Assembly (NCBI GenBank): GCA_040954595.2
Contig: CM082595.2
Location: 5,048,137-5,112,136, forward strand
DNA: 64,000 nucleotides
Reading direction: 5' to 3'
From: Balanoglossus misakiensis
Lineage: Eukaryota; Animalia; Hemichordata
A model generated the notes under the pieces. It did not search any database, was not told where the DNA came from, and saw only the letters and a list, made by a program, of their open reading frames with translations. Numbering within the stretch: position 1 is the first letter of the stretch; each line of letters begins with the position of its first letter. The position numbers were made by a program, and so were the translations under genes. Shown here piece after piece: positions 13,828 to 27,300 of this stretch.

Positions 13828-16800
13828 TTAATTGAACCACGCTTCAGGGACAATCATCAAGACGAGTACACACATATCACCAGTCCCTGTCGGTCACACT
13901 TTCACCTGTTGAGGCCAACCGGACCCCCCATCTCCTTGTTTGTTTTTTCTTGCGTCTTTGGTCGTAAATTGTTTTGTCTAAGCGCATGTATCCGTAGTGT
14001 CATTCATCACGGTCTCTCGTTACAAGAAGGGGGGACGGCCGACATGAATCTTACAAGTGATCCGGGGGTTATCGAGACACCGTTATTTAAACTCCTCACT
14101 CTTCAATCATTCCATTATCTCTGCTTGACTCATCACAAATATGGCTCTGTTTGGACTGCGTGTATTCACACTGACAAGCAGATTAAACCCAATTTAATAT
14201 CTTTTCTGTAAATACCGAGTGGAAGGTATTAGAGAATACACTGGAACAGATGTTTTGCTGGTGAAAATGACTTTTTGTACCGCGCTCCCGCAGTGTGTAA
14301 AGATGATCTGTGTGACCCATCACAATGCGGTGTGGGCGCGGAACGACAAAAGAGCAGATGTCTGAGAATGATCGAACAATAACGCCGCGATTTGCCCCCG
14401 TAATCCTACTTATACAGCTATCTGTCCGAGGGCATCCCGAGCATTCTCTCCATGCAATTTGCTGCCGACTTCTCTTTTGTCGTTCCTAATTCCGTTTCTT
14501 TATTTTATTCGTTTCTCGTTGCCTCCACAAGTCACACAAACACCGACCTTGGGCTTTGTGCGACTGTGTCAAGTGTACGAGTATCGTTCGTGTCAATAGA
14601 CTTGAGATGAGGAATTTTGAATGTCCTTTGTGCGCGACGCATTTTAATACGTAGTCGAAAGTTGGACTTCTGCACTGTGAAAACAGAAATAAAAGCCAGG
14701 CACACAATATACACAATAGAAATTTTGATACACAGCTGATAAAGAGCAAATTTTTTTGGTTCGGCCTCCGTGTCGGAAATTGAGAAAACATTCTTTGGGA
14801 GATAATTCAAACATTGGTATATTATTTAGAACCTGAGGTGAAATGTCATGGAAGGTCTTCGTTGTAAATTGTGCGCAGCGGTGTCGGGCTTTTGAGCAAA
14901 TTTGCTCGTACAAAATGAGATAATTCATCGGAGGTCAACAGGTGTATAGACGTCTTCAACAGGTAGTGGTCGTGCGACAGCAAAGCTGCGTGGGGGGTCT
15001 GCGTGAAAAACCTATGTCGACCAGCATGTAGTGTACGTAAAAGGCCACCAAACAGGAACCCCAATATGGGTTTAACACGGGTGACTGAAGTGAAAACAGA
15101 CAAATGAGCTCATCTCCTCAAAACGAAAATAGTCCCCCTATCAGTCATGAGGTCTTTTGAACGACCCGTGTGACATCATTCGTGTCTTGTATTTGCTAAA
15201 TACCGACATTTGTTTGTTTTTAGTGAACTGACCGACTTTTATGGCTGTTGACTGGCAGTTGTGTGTCCGGGTTTGCTGGTTTGTACTCCGTGACTCTGAA
15301 ATTACGACGCACAGTACTGTTTTTATCTCTCTTTTGTTACGTTCTCACGAAGTATTTTCCCCTGACATCCACGCACTTTGTGTACACTTGCGGTTGTATT
15401 GACAGCAAAACTATCTGGAATTCTTGAAACATTTCCAAACATGAAATTCAGGAGTGAAAGAAAATCAACACAATTTAAGTACAACTACAAGTAGTTTATT
15501 CAGATCTGCTGTGTGTGAAAAGTGCCAAAGACATAAACCAAGTTGGCAAATCAGTGACCAGTAACTGACATGTCAAAAATTGAAACCTGTCTCACTTTCA
15601 TGAAAACTATCAAATGCAACTTCACTCGTAGAGTTGAAATTCAAAACGGTGTCATATTTGATCAATAATTGTATCATATAATGTAATAAACAGTGACTGA
15701 CCTTTGGTTTTTTTAGCCATATTCTGAAATTGAAGTAGCGTTTGCCAATTCATTTCAATTACTAATATTTAGAGGCGTCAGCAGTCTTTTTCTGAACATT
15801 AGGTTGGCAAGAAATTTTCATAACATGACCTTGTTTTCTGTATTTTGTTGAACAGATTAATTCATAAATATTAACTTCAGAAACAAATAATTCTTAAAAA
15901 AACTTCTCTCTCACAAAACGAAAAATTCTGACACACTGTTACCAATATGTTTTCTTAGAAATGAATTGAGACTGTTGTTTTATTTGTTGGTTATACTGAA
16001 GGGTCAAAAATAAATAAATATATAAAGAGCTAAAAAAATAATTGCTAACAAAAACACAATCTAGTGATATTTCTGGTCTACAAGAAAGACTAACATTGCA
16101 ATTGAGTGTGACTTTATTGGTGAACGGACAGAACAAAACAACTTGTTTCAACTTAATAGCTGTCACGTCAGCTGTAGCCAGCGTGAATTATGCATGAAAT
16201 TTCCCAAATCAATCAAAAATTTGAGATTCTCATAATTTTTTGTGTTAACACAGACATAGCAAGGGTCCCTAATTTGATAATAACACTGCAACTCTGAGTG
16301 CATATTTTGAGCAAATTATTAGATGAAGTTTCAGCCGTTAGATCATATTTCCGTTCATATTTGCCGTGGCGATGTAAATGCACCGTCGTTCTTATTATTT
16401 TTCATAATCTTAATGTAGTTTGTGCTCGATATAGTTGCTGCAGGGAGGGGGGGGGGACAAAATTATCTAATAATAAAGTGCTCTTATGAGTGAGAGTGCC
16501 CCCCCCCCCCCCCTCTGAAGGATACGAGCGAGAACTGTCGTTTGCGCGAGAAAGACAGACATCGTGTTCGTGAGTCTCTGCAAACAGATACAAGCCTCTC
16601 TGTGTATAGTACTCCATTATGGAGGACAAGGGGGGAAGTCTCACTTCAATGGTAAATATTGACAGCGTTTTGAATTTCGTGTCACCATATTCAGACATCT
16701 TTTTCGGCCTGTTGTGTCGTCTCCTCAGTAAACACAAAACTATTCCATAATTCCATTTTTTTCTGCTCCCTAATCCAAACAACGCGACCACAGCAGTTTT

Positions 16801-19800
16801 CGTCTCAGTCACTGTCATTTTTATTGTTAACTTTTGCCTAGTTACCATGGTTTTACGGCTTAGCAAGGCCATAATTTCTATAAAAAAGACAGACAAATAC
16901 ACGACATATACAGTGAAAATACAACTAACTCTTCAGGGCTCTGTTGACACTTTTAAAACTTTGCAAATAAAAAAGGAGATAGAAAATCTCTTTCAAGGTT
17001 AAGCAAATGCGTCAGATATGTCCCCTGCTTGTTCTTTATCATCTAGTGTGTATAAACACTTGATTGTGATATTTAATACTCAGATCCCCCCCCCCAAAAA
17101 AAAAGAAAAAAATAATTTAAAAATGTGAATTGTAAGTAAAATATTTTTTGATCATACATTGTAATGTTGTTTTTTCGAATTAGGAAGTCAAGGGATATTA
17201 ACACCTCTAGAAAAAAAAACCCACCTTGTTATTATAACCAAATAAAAGCAACCCTACCAGTTAATCAATTTTAACTGTTTCAGATGTTTTTAGAGACTCT
17301 AGAGAGGCAGTGGGAGAAGGGGGAGGGGGGATTTGTGACTGAGGGGAGGTAGCTCAGCTGAAAATAAACTATCACAACTCAGCCAAAAACTTCTTTTCCC
17401 CTCGATCTGGCTTCTCAAAGCAAAAACAAATTCATCCTACCATATCTGGGAAAATGACAGAAGTTAATTATGCAAATACTGTTGATTGATTGTAAGCAGT
17501 GGCTAAGTACATTATAATGTTGACATGGTGGTTGTGATAGCAAAAATATCTCTTTGATAAGAAGTCTTTGAATAGGTTAATCCTCCTTCCCTTATCAGTG
17601 TTTCTGATGATGAATTTGTTTTGCAGTTGTGGGTTTTCGGTTGATGTGCATTTGTGGGGTTTGGCCAGTGAGAGAATTTAGGAAATTGATTAACAAGATA
17701 TCGTTTCAAGTCATATAATATTTCCATATTTCTTCCAAAGATAATCATGATTTTGATAACTTATGTTCAGATAGATTCCTTCCAAACAATCGTGTACATT
17801 TTTTCACTATCATTAGCGTGAATTCTATGAATATTAGGACAAAAACTTCACATTTTATCTACGAAAGTAGGAAAACTTGGTTTTACCTAATCATTTCTTT
17901 GCCCAAATCCCATCCTTCAGGAAATGGTATTGAAATTTTGTCTGAAATTCGTGAAAAACTACAAGACTACCAAAAATGTCAAGTTTAATATCTTTCCAGA
18001 AAAGTGCACGTAAAAAAATTGTGGTGTGTACATTGTGGTTAGCTGCGGTAAGAGGAATACGTATTTGGGAAGTTAAGAGTCTAAATTGGTCCCCAAATTG
18101 ACAGGTTGTTGTGTTGGGGTTTCAAATTGTGCCAACTGATAACAATGGCAGTGTCAATTGTTGGTAATTTCATAACTCCAGTGACCGCACCGCGCCACAT
18201 AATTTTTATACAACCTGTCAGTGGGCACGTCAAATCAACTCGATATCAGTGCGGTAATCTGACGTCTTCGCGTTCGAATTAACGACATTCAGATGATGTA
18301 GGCACAGTGTTTGTTTAATTGTCCATATTTCAAAAGAATATGATTATCGTTTCTATCATATGCTTAACAACGGGTTAAATTAGACGTTTTGCTCGTATCA
18401 AATTAGGGAGTTTATTAGAAGTGACAGTTCAATTTGACTCGAGAAAATATCATTACTTTGGACACCAAGGCAGAGATTAGAAAAATTAGGAGTTTCAATC
18501 AGGGGGTTATGCCGTAAACTGAATATACTCACCTAAGCAGCACGTTTGAGAAGAACATGTTTACTTTATCTTTCAAATTTGTGAACCAAATTTCTCGTTT
18601 CCTTCACTTTTTTCTCGCTTTCGCAGGTTTTCTACTGTTTTCTTATCAAGGTTTCCCAATCACATTGTCCTGTCCCACAGTCCAAAGTCTTCAAGCTCCA
18701 TAACCCAAATTTTAATGAAATTGTATGATTTGTACAAAAATGTGGTTATGAAAGTTTAGGTCCTTTCTGGTTATAAAATATATTACATATACATTTTTTG
18801 GGGGTCTTTTATTGTAAAAATTTTGTTACAAATATTACATATACATTGTCAAAATTAATCTTAGCCTTTCAGTAATTTTGAACAGACGGTATAAGCTAGC
18901 ATTTCAGTGCATAAATCATCTGGCACTGAAAAATTTCTGGCAAACTGAAAGCAAATTCAGGCATATTGATGTTTTTTTCTCCCCAACAAGGACGAAGTTT
19001 GTACAACAGTTACTTAATGCTCTAATTACGACTTTCAATCGATTGGAAATTCTGTTTGACGGAGACAGAGTTTGTACAACCATTCAATAATGATAGTGAA
19101 GAGTTGCTGTGGATGTAGGCCGTTCAGAGTCAGAGTCTTGTGGGAACCAGACCTGCTGTGAATAGTGAACAAAACCTCTTCAGTCAGACAGCGATGAGCA
19201 AAAAGGGATTTCACTGAAGCTCTCAGGAAAAAAGTGCCTATAGTCTGCCCGACCATAATGTTTGTCAGACATCTTGCTGAAAATTGTTCAAAAAGTTTGA
19301 TTTATTGCAAATAGAGGGACATATTCAAAAAGTGGACTACAAGAACTAATTTGCATGACTTTTGTGAATGAAGTGGTTTCTGATTCTTAAAGCACTGACC
19401 CTCATCAAAAGTAATGACCAACCACGGGTCAGTTTAGGTCGGTGAAACCCACATATGTATAAAAGAAGCCATGTTATTGGCCGGTGGTTTGACCACAAAG
19501 GGAGTTCTCCAATTCGCCCCTTTGTAGGTGTCAGAGTGTAATACTGTTTACCCTTGTTTGACCTACGCTTTGCTGATGACAACTCAAGATATGGGGGTGT
19601 GTTGATAACAGAGGCTATTTTGGTAGTAGACTAACAATAAATACCCCACCCAATTTCCGGGTATATTGATACAACCTCACCTTGATGGATATTAGTATTT
19701 GACCAAAGTGAATGTGGAAAAGACTGTAATACATACTCTAAACAAATATCAGCTACCACAGAAAAAATGCTATTTTCAACAACTAATATCAGGTAGCATG

Positions 19801-19958
19801 CAAAGAACAGGTCTTCGTTGTTGTCAGGTGATCTTTTAATGGTTGTAGGTGTTGTCATGGAGCTGTGATGGGTTGTAGCACTCGATTTCTGCAGAAGCAG
19901 GGATTGCAAATGCCTTAACAAAAATATAGTGTCATCATTGAGCTGATCATTCGAGATT

Positions 19959-20009
19959 AAATTGTCTGTTCGACTCGCTGAAATTGTCCGTTCGACTCGC
20001 TGAAATTGT
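19959..20009. repeat. 22-bp tandem duplication (AAATTGTCYGTTCGACTCGCTG, about 2.3 copies)
   Basis: Directly visible, with one mismatch between units. Confidence 0.85.
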
Positions 20010-21009
20010 TCATAAACTTTCGAATCTTCAGAGCAAGCCCGGGTTTTCACCATTTTAGTGAAATAACCTGCGAGAAGGCAATTAAAGTGTTACCACAATC
20101 GCAGTGAAAGTTCCCCCTTTCCGCCGCGATTGGCTGGTGACATATAGACATCAGCTCGACTCTGCAAGTGGAAACCTGCACACGCCCCGCAGCCATAATT
20201 TTACGACGAATTAAGCCGAAAATGTGGTTTATTACTCGGTAGATGATATTATTGTGTCTGAGCGAGAACGGGTGAAAACGAAGCATCTGTTGCGATGATG
20301 CTCGTAAATACTGATTGGAAAAACGTTATCGTGGTCCGGGAGGGAAAATCTAAAATTCGTGAAGTTTTTTGATGTGGAAATGTTTTTTTCTTGTACATGT
20401 ACGAGGATGATGACTACACGTTGACGGTAATGATGAGACGAGAATTTTTCGACTGGCTTCTAGAGCGTTCTCTGTCCCCGAGCTAAGCGCGAACAGGATC
20501 CCACGATCTAATTATCAATATATTGCTACTTGGGGCCATGCCATTTTTGCTTCATGTTAAAACACGATGATGGAAAACGTGAAAGTAAAGTCCTAAATTC
20601 TGGCCCGGCGGGGGGACCTCCAAAATCACCTGTATCACTCCGTCAATAGAATCAGTCACATCGCTTGTGTCTGCAGAACCACTCTACCAGAAAGGGGGCT
20701 GAATTCAATTTGCGCTTTTTCACGTTTGTGAGGTAACGTAATGCGTTCGCAAAATTGAAAAGTTGCCTCCCTTTTTGTAAATGACAGTGTTTTCACCAAC
20801 AGCAAGTAGCCAGGGTGGAGGGGATGGCTCCAGAAGGGAAAAAAATAAGTGTTATTTTTATTTTTGATAATGATTTGTGAAATGATTGAATTTAGTCCGA
20901 GAGAGATGATTTAAGCAAGTGGTAACTTCAAGGGGATGGGGTTAATTTGCCAGGAGGTTGGTGTCATAACAGGGAAAGAACACAGACAGAAAGTTAGGGT
21001 GGGCAGAGT

Positions 21010-21372
<363 letters not shown>

Positions 21373-24300
21373 AAGTGCACATATCTCAAGGGAAGCCAAT
21401 TACTATGAATAGTGAGAGACAGATCAATTGTTAACATGATTGCCATAACACGGAGTCATTTTGTGGTGTGTCCAGTTAGCACAGTTGATAACTAGGAATG
21501 TTGTGATGCATATTCGGGATACCAGTCAGTGCATCAATTTATCAAAGGAGACCATTGTATTAAAAGTCTCAAATAAATTACAGTTTAATGTGTTGGTCCA
21601 TAAAATGAAAGAAAGTCGTGGCCGGCAGTAGCTAGGAAGAAGCTGGCTACTAGTTTGTCAGTGAAAATCTTCAGAGGGACATCTTTTATTTTATCATGAA
21701 ATGGGATGGTTGAGAACTACTGCTCAGGGTTCAAAATGTCTCCAAAAATTATTTAATTTTCTGGGGAAAATCATTTGATCCCAGATTGTGATGAATGCGG
21801 CGTTCGACGGAAGATGTAGCCAAGGTCAGCATAGCTTTGGCCTGACAGTCCGGTAAAGAGCTTTGATATATGAGTAAAGCAGTTGGGATGAGTTTTAAAC
21901 AGATAAGAGGAAAGTATGGGGGACATTCCGGAAAGATAAAGACGAAAAGCTGATGTATTTTTAGCGGACAGGAAAAAGGAGACTAAAAAAGGCATGTGTG
22001 GAAGAAGAAATATGCTGTTTGGCATGTCTTCTTTACTGAATATTTATCTTTACTGTGTATAATCGGAATTCTACTCTTTGGGGATTCTGCTGGATGAGTA
22101 TTTCCGGCTGTTAAAGTTGGTTGCGAGACATCCGAGGGTGGTGTGTGTTTTTTAGTAGGAGAGAGGGGAACGAACATAGAGGGGTTGTTTTATTCTAGGG
22201 GAATTATTCCAGAATTGAGATTTGTGATTTGTTTTGGTATCTTGATTGGTGTTGTGAAAATTTTAAGGCTTGGAAAGGCAGTGAGTTGTAAAGGAAAATT
22301 TCCCTCCCAATAGAGTTGTCGTGCGTCTGCCCTTAGCATTCCAGACCCATGTCGAGAGATGGTCCCAAGATCTGATCCAGCTTTAAGTATCTTGTCAATT
22401 AAGCAAATGTGGTACTAGTTAAAGACAGCCAAGAAACATCTTGTCTTTATCATCCCTATGTGGTTGACAGCTCTGACCGTTCTGGGGACAGTAACCGATC
22501 CTGGTACCTACTCACAAAGTCGTCGAAAAAATTTCCATGGAAACTGGACCACGATTTTAGATCAGATGTAGCGCCGAACACTTAATCAGAACATCTGGTC
22601 CAAAATCGAGAAGAAATTATTCAGTATGTTTTGGAAATCCGATGAAATTTGATCCGCAATTTTTTTGGCGGGAATAGTGTCTCTGAGGTAATGAGATCTT
22701 AACTCTGCAAGATACTGTTATCTGTTCACTGGAATTCCAGCGCCAACCTCTGTCACCTTAGCCTGAGGATTTTCGACTGCACAGAAGATCCGAAACTTGA
22801 TATTCTGGGAAGAAAGCTCCTAGTGAAGAAAAGTAGCTGGAAGGTCAGCTGAAGTGTATGTGTAGTAAACAGACCTCACTTTCCTCATATTTTGTGAAGT
22901 GAGGGGGATAATCGTCTTCCTGCTATTCCTACCCGATGAACTTTTTGTCCGGATGGGTCGGTAGGTTAATTTCTCTTTCCTAGAAACTGGTATTTTTTTG
23001 ATATCACGGTGGTTCTATGGTAGCATCAGCTTAGAGAAAACTTTGTAATATCTTCCGAAAACATGATCGAGTTTACAAAATGCGTGTTAAGAGGCATGAA
23101 GCTGAAAAGTCAGTTCTTTGTGCGATTTTTGAAAGAGTCTGACTTGAGTTGTTGCTTCAGAATACAGGATGAGGTTTCACGTCAGTTTTTTCGCACAAAG
23201 GGAGATGTCTCGAATTCAAGAGGACTATCGGATTCCTGACAAAATATGTCATACCTGTGTTAGGTGCGGACATGCACAATCTGTAGGTGGTCCTAACGCG
23301 GTCTGTCAGGGTTGCAGTGTTGGCACTGCATGGTCGGTCGGGGTCAAAGGTTAGATGAGGACACCGTTGGAAACTGAGAAGTTTACCGTTTCGGGGCTAG
23401 GTTCAGACCAATGTTGGGAATCACAACTTTTGATTGAGTGATTTCCAACTGTATCTCAAAGAAGTTGGGCACAGCTTGTGTGACTGACAAGCGAGAATTA
23501 TTTCAGTCATATCGATGGTTTTGAAAATTTGTTCTTGTTTATCTTGCAAGCTGTGTTCACCATGGATGGTCAGTGGTGTCCTGTTAGGTTTGTACTGTCT
23601 ACAAAGAAGTCTTCACGCTGTGTTGTGGGCAGGGCTGTGGAAAATCCCAGTCAGTGAGTGAATCACTGTAAAAAATAGCGTAGTTTAGAGATACGTCTGA
23701 GATGCGGACGAACGTTATAGGGTCAATGCCAGGGTCAGTGTTAATTGTCTGCGTTGCACACCTGTTCCAAGAGTGCAGAGCGTCATTGACCAATCACAAG
23801 TCTGACTATCTGTGTGTAGATAGTAATTGACCAATCAGATTTGTCGGGTCTAAAAATATTAGTCAAACAGTGACGATCACTTGTTTTCCACTGTATCGTT
23901 TCATGCTATCTTTAACTTATTTGGCCACGCCGCAATTTCTATTTTTAGCTGAGATCCAGAAACTTTGATCCGCACTATTGTAGTGGGACGACCCAACGGG
24001 TGAGGTATAGTTTACACTATGGAAACACTGCCCTAAAATGATAGCAAAAAACCTTCAGTTATCACAAATGTCACACTTTTTGATGATCTTTGTGTCGGCT
24101 GCTGAAAATACATGTGTGTACACCAGAAATTTGACCTATGACCCAACCCTGCAGCTGTGAAGGAAGTGAGTGCGTGGTCTTGAACTGTTTACTACGAGAA
24201 TGACTTTGGTCACTGCAGTGTACCAGTTGTCAATGGCAACAGGTGCATTTTGCCGTATTCATGGTCTCCAGCTAATTGTCCGTAAATTTGATTGCGCTCG

Positions 24301-27300
24301 GTTCATATTAATCTTCACTTCTGTCAGGATGGGTTCCCATCACAAAGTAACATTTTACGCACTTTGTGATTCCCCCCCCCCCCCCCAAAAAAAAAAAGTA
24401 TTAGATTTCACAAGAAAGTGACAGTCCATTACATTGATCACAATTTTCCCCAGTGTCAAGAAAATTAATGCACGAATTACTACATATTTTGTTTTATTCA
24501 TAGAAAATGGTAGTGGAGATGTGAAATTTGTGATTTAATGAGTCACCTGAGAACACTGTAAAAAATCGGATTCATCAAACATTCACCCAGATTTTTAAAT
24601 TCCTTATTTCATTAGACACTAGGGGCAAATATATCTTCTCACTTGTGATGATTTCAAAGTTTTACCACCCCTGAATAATAATACAACTATCCTCCCTTTT
24701 GTAAGTATAGGTACTTACCACATAACCCCCACCCTGTCGACATTCTAAAGGTTTCCTTTTTTCTTTCAAGAAAATTGATTTTGTGTGTGTGCTTTTTTTT
24801 CTGCATAGTACAAATCCATACCAATATAATGCAACAGCGTCATGTAAATCATTAAGGACTTCTCCGTTTTGCAATTTGCTATTGTGCTATGTAGTTGCTC
24901 ATAGTGAATGCTGGGAATTAATTGATAGTGCATCATGGGTACTATCGAAAGTTGAAAGTATGGATATAGGATTTTTCGATTGGCAAAAGATTGGGAAACT
25001 GAGCATTATTATTGTTTAAGTGCCGATGGCAACATTGTGAATATTCTCTCAGGGTCTTATTCTGTGTTTGTGTATTCTCTGTAGGGCAACCCAGTTCTCT
25101 GAAGGCAATTATTTCGATACCCACTGTTGCTCGCAAAAAAGATACTAGAAACATTTCTAGATATCTCACAGAATCATCAGATATATGAGAGATGCATTTT
25201 CATCCAGTACTGGCAGATAAAAGTTTTGCAAGAAAAAATAATGAAATTTTTTTGTGTGCAAAAATTCTGATTTTTGATCGTAAATGGATTTCAGTGTGAC
25301 CTTTGACCCACACGTTGCTTCGTATGTGTTATTAACATTCTCAGTGAAATTTAGTAAATTCACAGTTTTTCATGTTTTGCCACCTTTCTCTTTATCCATC
25401 AGATTTTTGAACCAGGAAAGGGAGAGAGAAAAAAAGGGGGAAAATTGCTAATGGACAGGGAATATAACACTCCAGGCTTTCCCATGCACGGAAAAACCAT
25501 CACGACCTTTGACCCTTAATTTTCTTTGCGTCAGGTGACCCTTGCTGCTCATTACAAAACTTGTAAACTTGGTGTCTATCAAAGTGACTCTGAGGGCCAT
25601 CAAAATTCCATTTGATTTGCAATTAGCTGGCCTGCGCCGAAGCTGTGGGTGCGATACCGCAGTTTATTGTAATTTTGCACCAGTAACAGTGGTTGCTGTA
25701 TCGCCAACAAAGCAATAACAAACCACTGAATGTGGGATGGTGTTTACACAAAGGCTGTCTGTCACTCGTCGTCTCGATCGAAACATTCATCCAACCTTAA
25801 CAGGCAAATTTCCGCAACTTTTGGTAACTTTTTTCCAGATAGCTGTATGAAAACCAAGCCTCTGTATTCCCTTGTACTATAATTCTTCCAACACATAAAT
25901 ATATACAGATGGAGATGGGAGAAAATTCTTTTATTCGACTATACATCACTTTTCCTTCATTGTCTATCGCAAACATTATGCATATATCATTGGAAGTGCA
26001 CAATTTCCTTGTTGATTTTTTCATCTGTAATGAACAACATGTTTGTTTCTGGACCATTCCAATTGGATGAATCCAGGCTGAACTGCTTCGAACACAAACA
26101 AGTTGTTAAAAGTATAGTTCTTTGCTGTCAATATGTTAAAAATTAAGTTACTATTCTTTTTCGCGCCAAAGCTGGTAGTCGTACATCAGCAAGGTTGAAA
26201 AGCCCCGGGAGGCTCATGAAAACCCAAATAAATCCAGGGAGAATTCCAGGCGGGGCAGTGGAGGTTAGATGTACACACAGAGGAGAGGACGAACTTATGG
26301 ATAGATGGAAGGTTTCGGGTTCAGTCGTCACTGCGGGCTGGTGGGGATTGGGGAGAGATGAACATGTTAGTCTAGGTCAACTCGGCGGGCCGACGGGCAC
26401 TCAGACAGCTGGTTAACCTCAATCAGCCGCTCTCCACCCTCAAAATTCCTAACTAATGTTGTTTTGTGAACAAGACAGATTAATTCTGAAACAGAGGCGG
26501 GTCGGTTTTCACGGCAGAAGTCAAGGAAGTTGAGCCGCATGCACGTGTGCTACACGCATGCACTGTAAGAGAGCTCAGCATTTGCTGAGAGAGCTGGCAG
26601 AAAGTTGGCAGTCTTCTCGGCAGCCAATCAGAAAGCGTCTTGCATTGCGCGCACGTGGTTGTGTTTGTGTATACTTTAGAGTGCGTCCATATTTGAGTAA
26701 ACTGTGCTAGAATTGAAGCATTATGCATGAATGGGGTTGCGTTAAATCGCCTAATTCATGACAATTTTATGACTCCAAAAACATAATCGGTGTAGGTTAC
26801 ACACAACATTTGTGAGCTTATGGCAAACTTGTTGAAAAGACACTTGCACCAAAAGTAACTCGCTTCACAATTCCCAACAAAGAAAATAATGAAGACTGCT
26901 AAACTGTGAAAATAATACATTGGGGGCTACATGAACTGTTTCTCCATATGGCTAGAGTTATACCACACCGTATGCTGACATCCAATAATTATTTTTTCTC
27001 AATATGTTCCGACAAAAGACGACGGCAAGAAGGTCGAGGTTTTGTTGGTTTTTGTAAATTCTGGTTAACCATATTTTTGTAGAAAATAGTTCTCTGGAGT
27101 CCTGAATGTATAGTTTCTAGGCTGCGGGATTTCGGTTGCATGTTGGACGTGTGTGAGACAAGCTGGTGTTTCCCCCCACATCAACATGACAAATTGTTGA
27201 TGCAGACCACATTTTGCATACGTCAGGTTTTTGTGCGATTCCGAACTGGCTCGTTTTAAAGGACATTACGACAGACAGAAAAATAGCAGTCTTTGTTAAA

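Noticed and set aside
19959-20009. tRNA or SINE suggested by GTTCGA B-box-like words
   Set aside because: I see no cloverleaf or A-box; it is a simple 22-bp tandem duplication.
21770-23350. Possible decayed retrotransposon or pseudogene segment
   Set aside because: The composition looks slightly different, but I could not recognise any reverse transcriptase, endonuclease or transposase motif. A BLASTX search would be needed.
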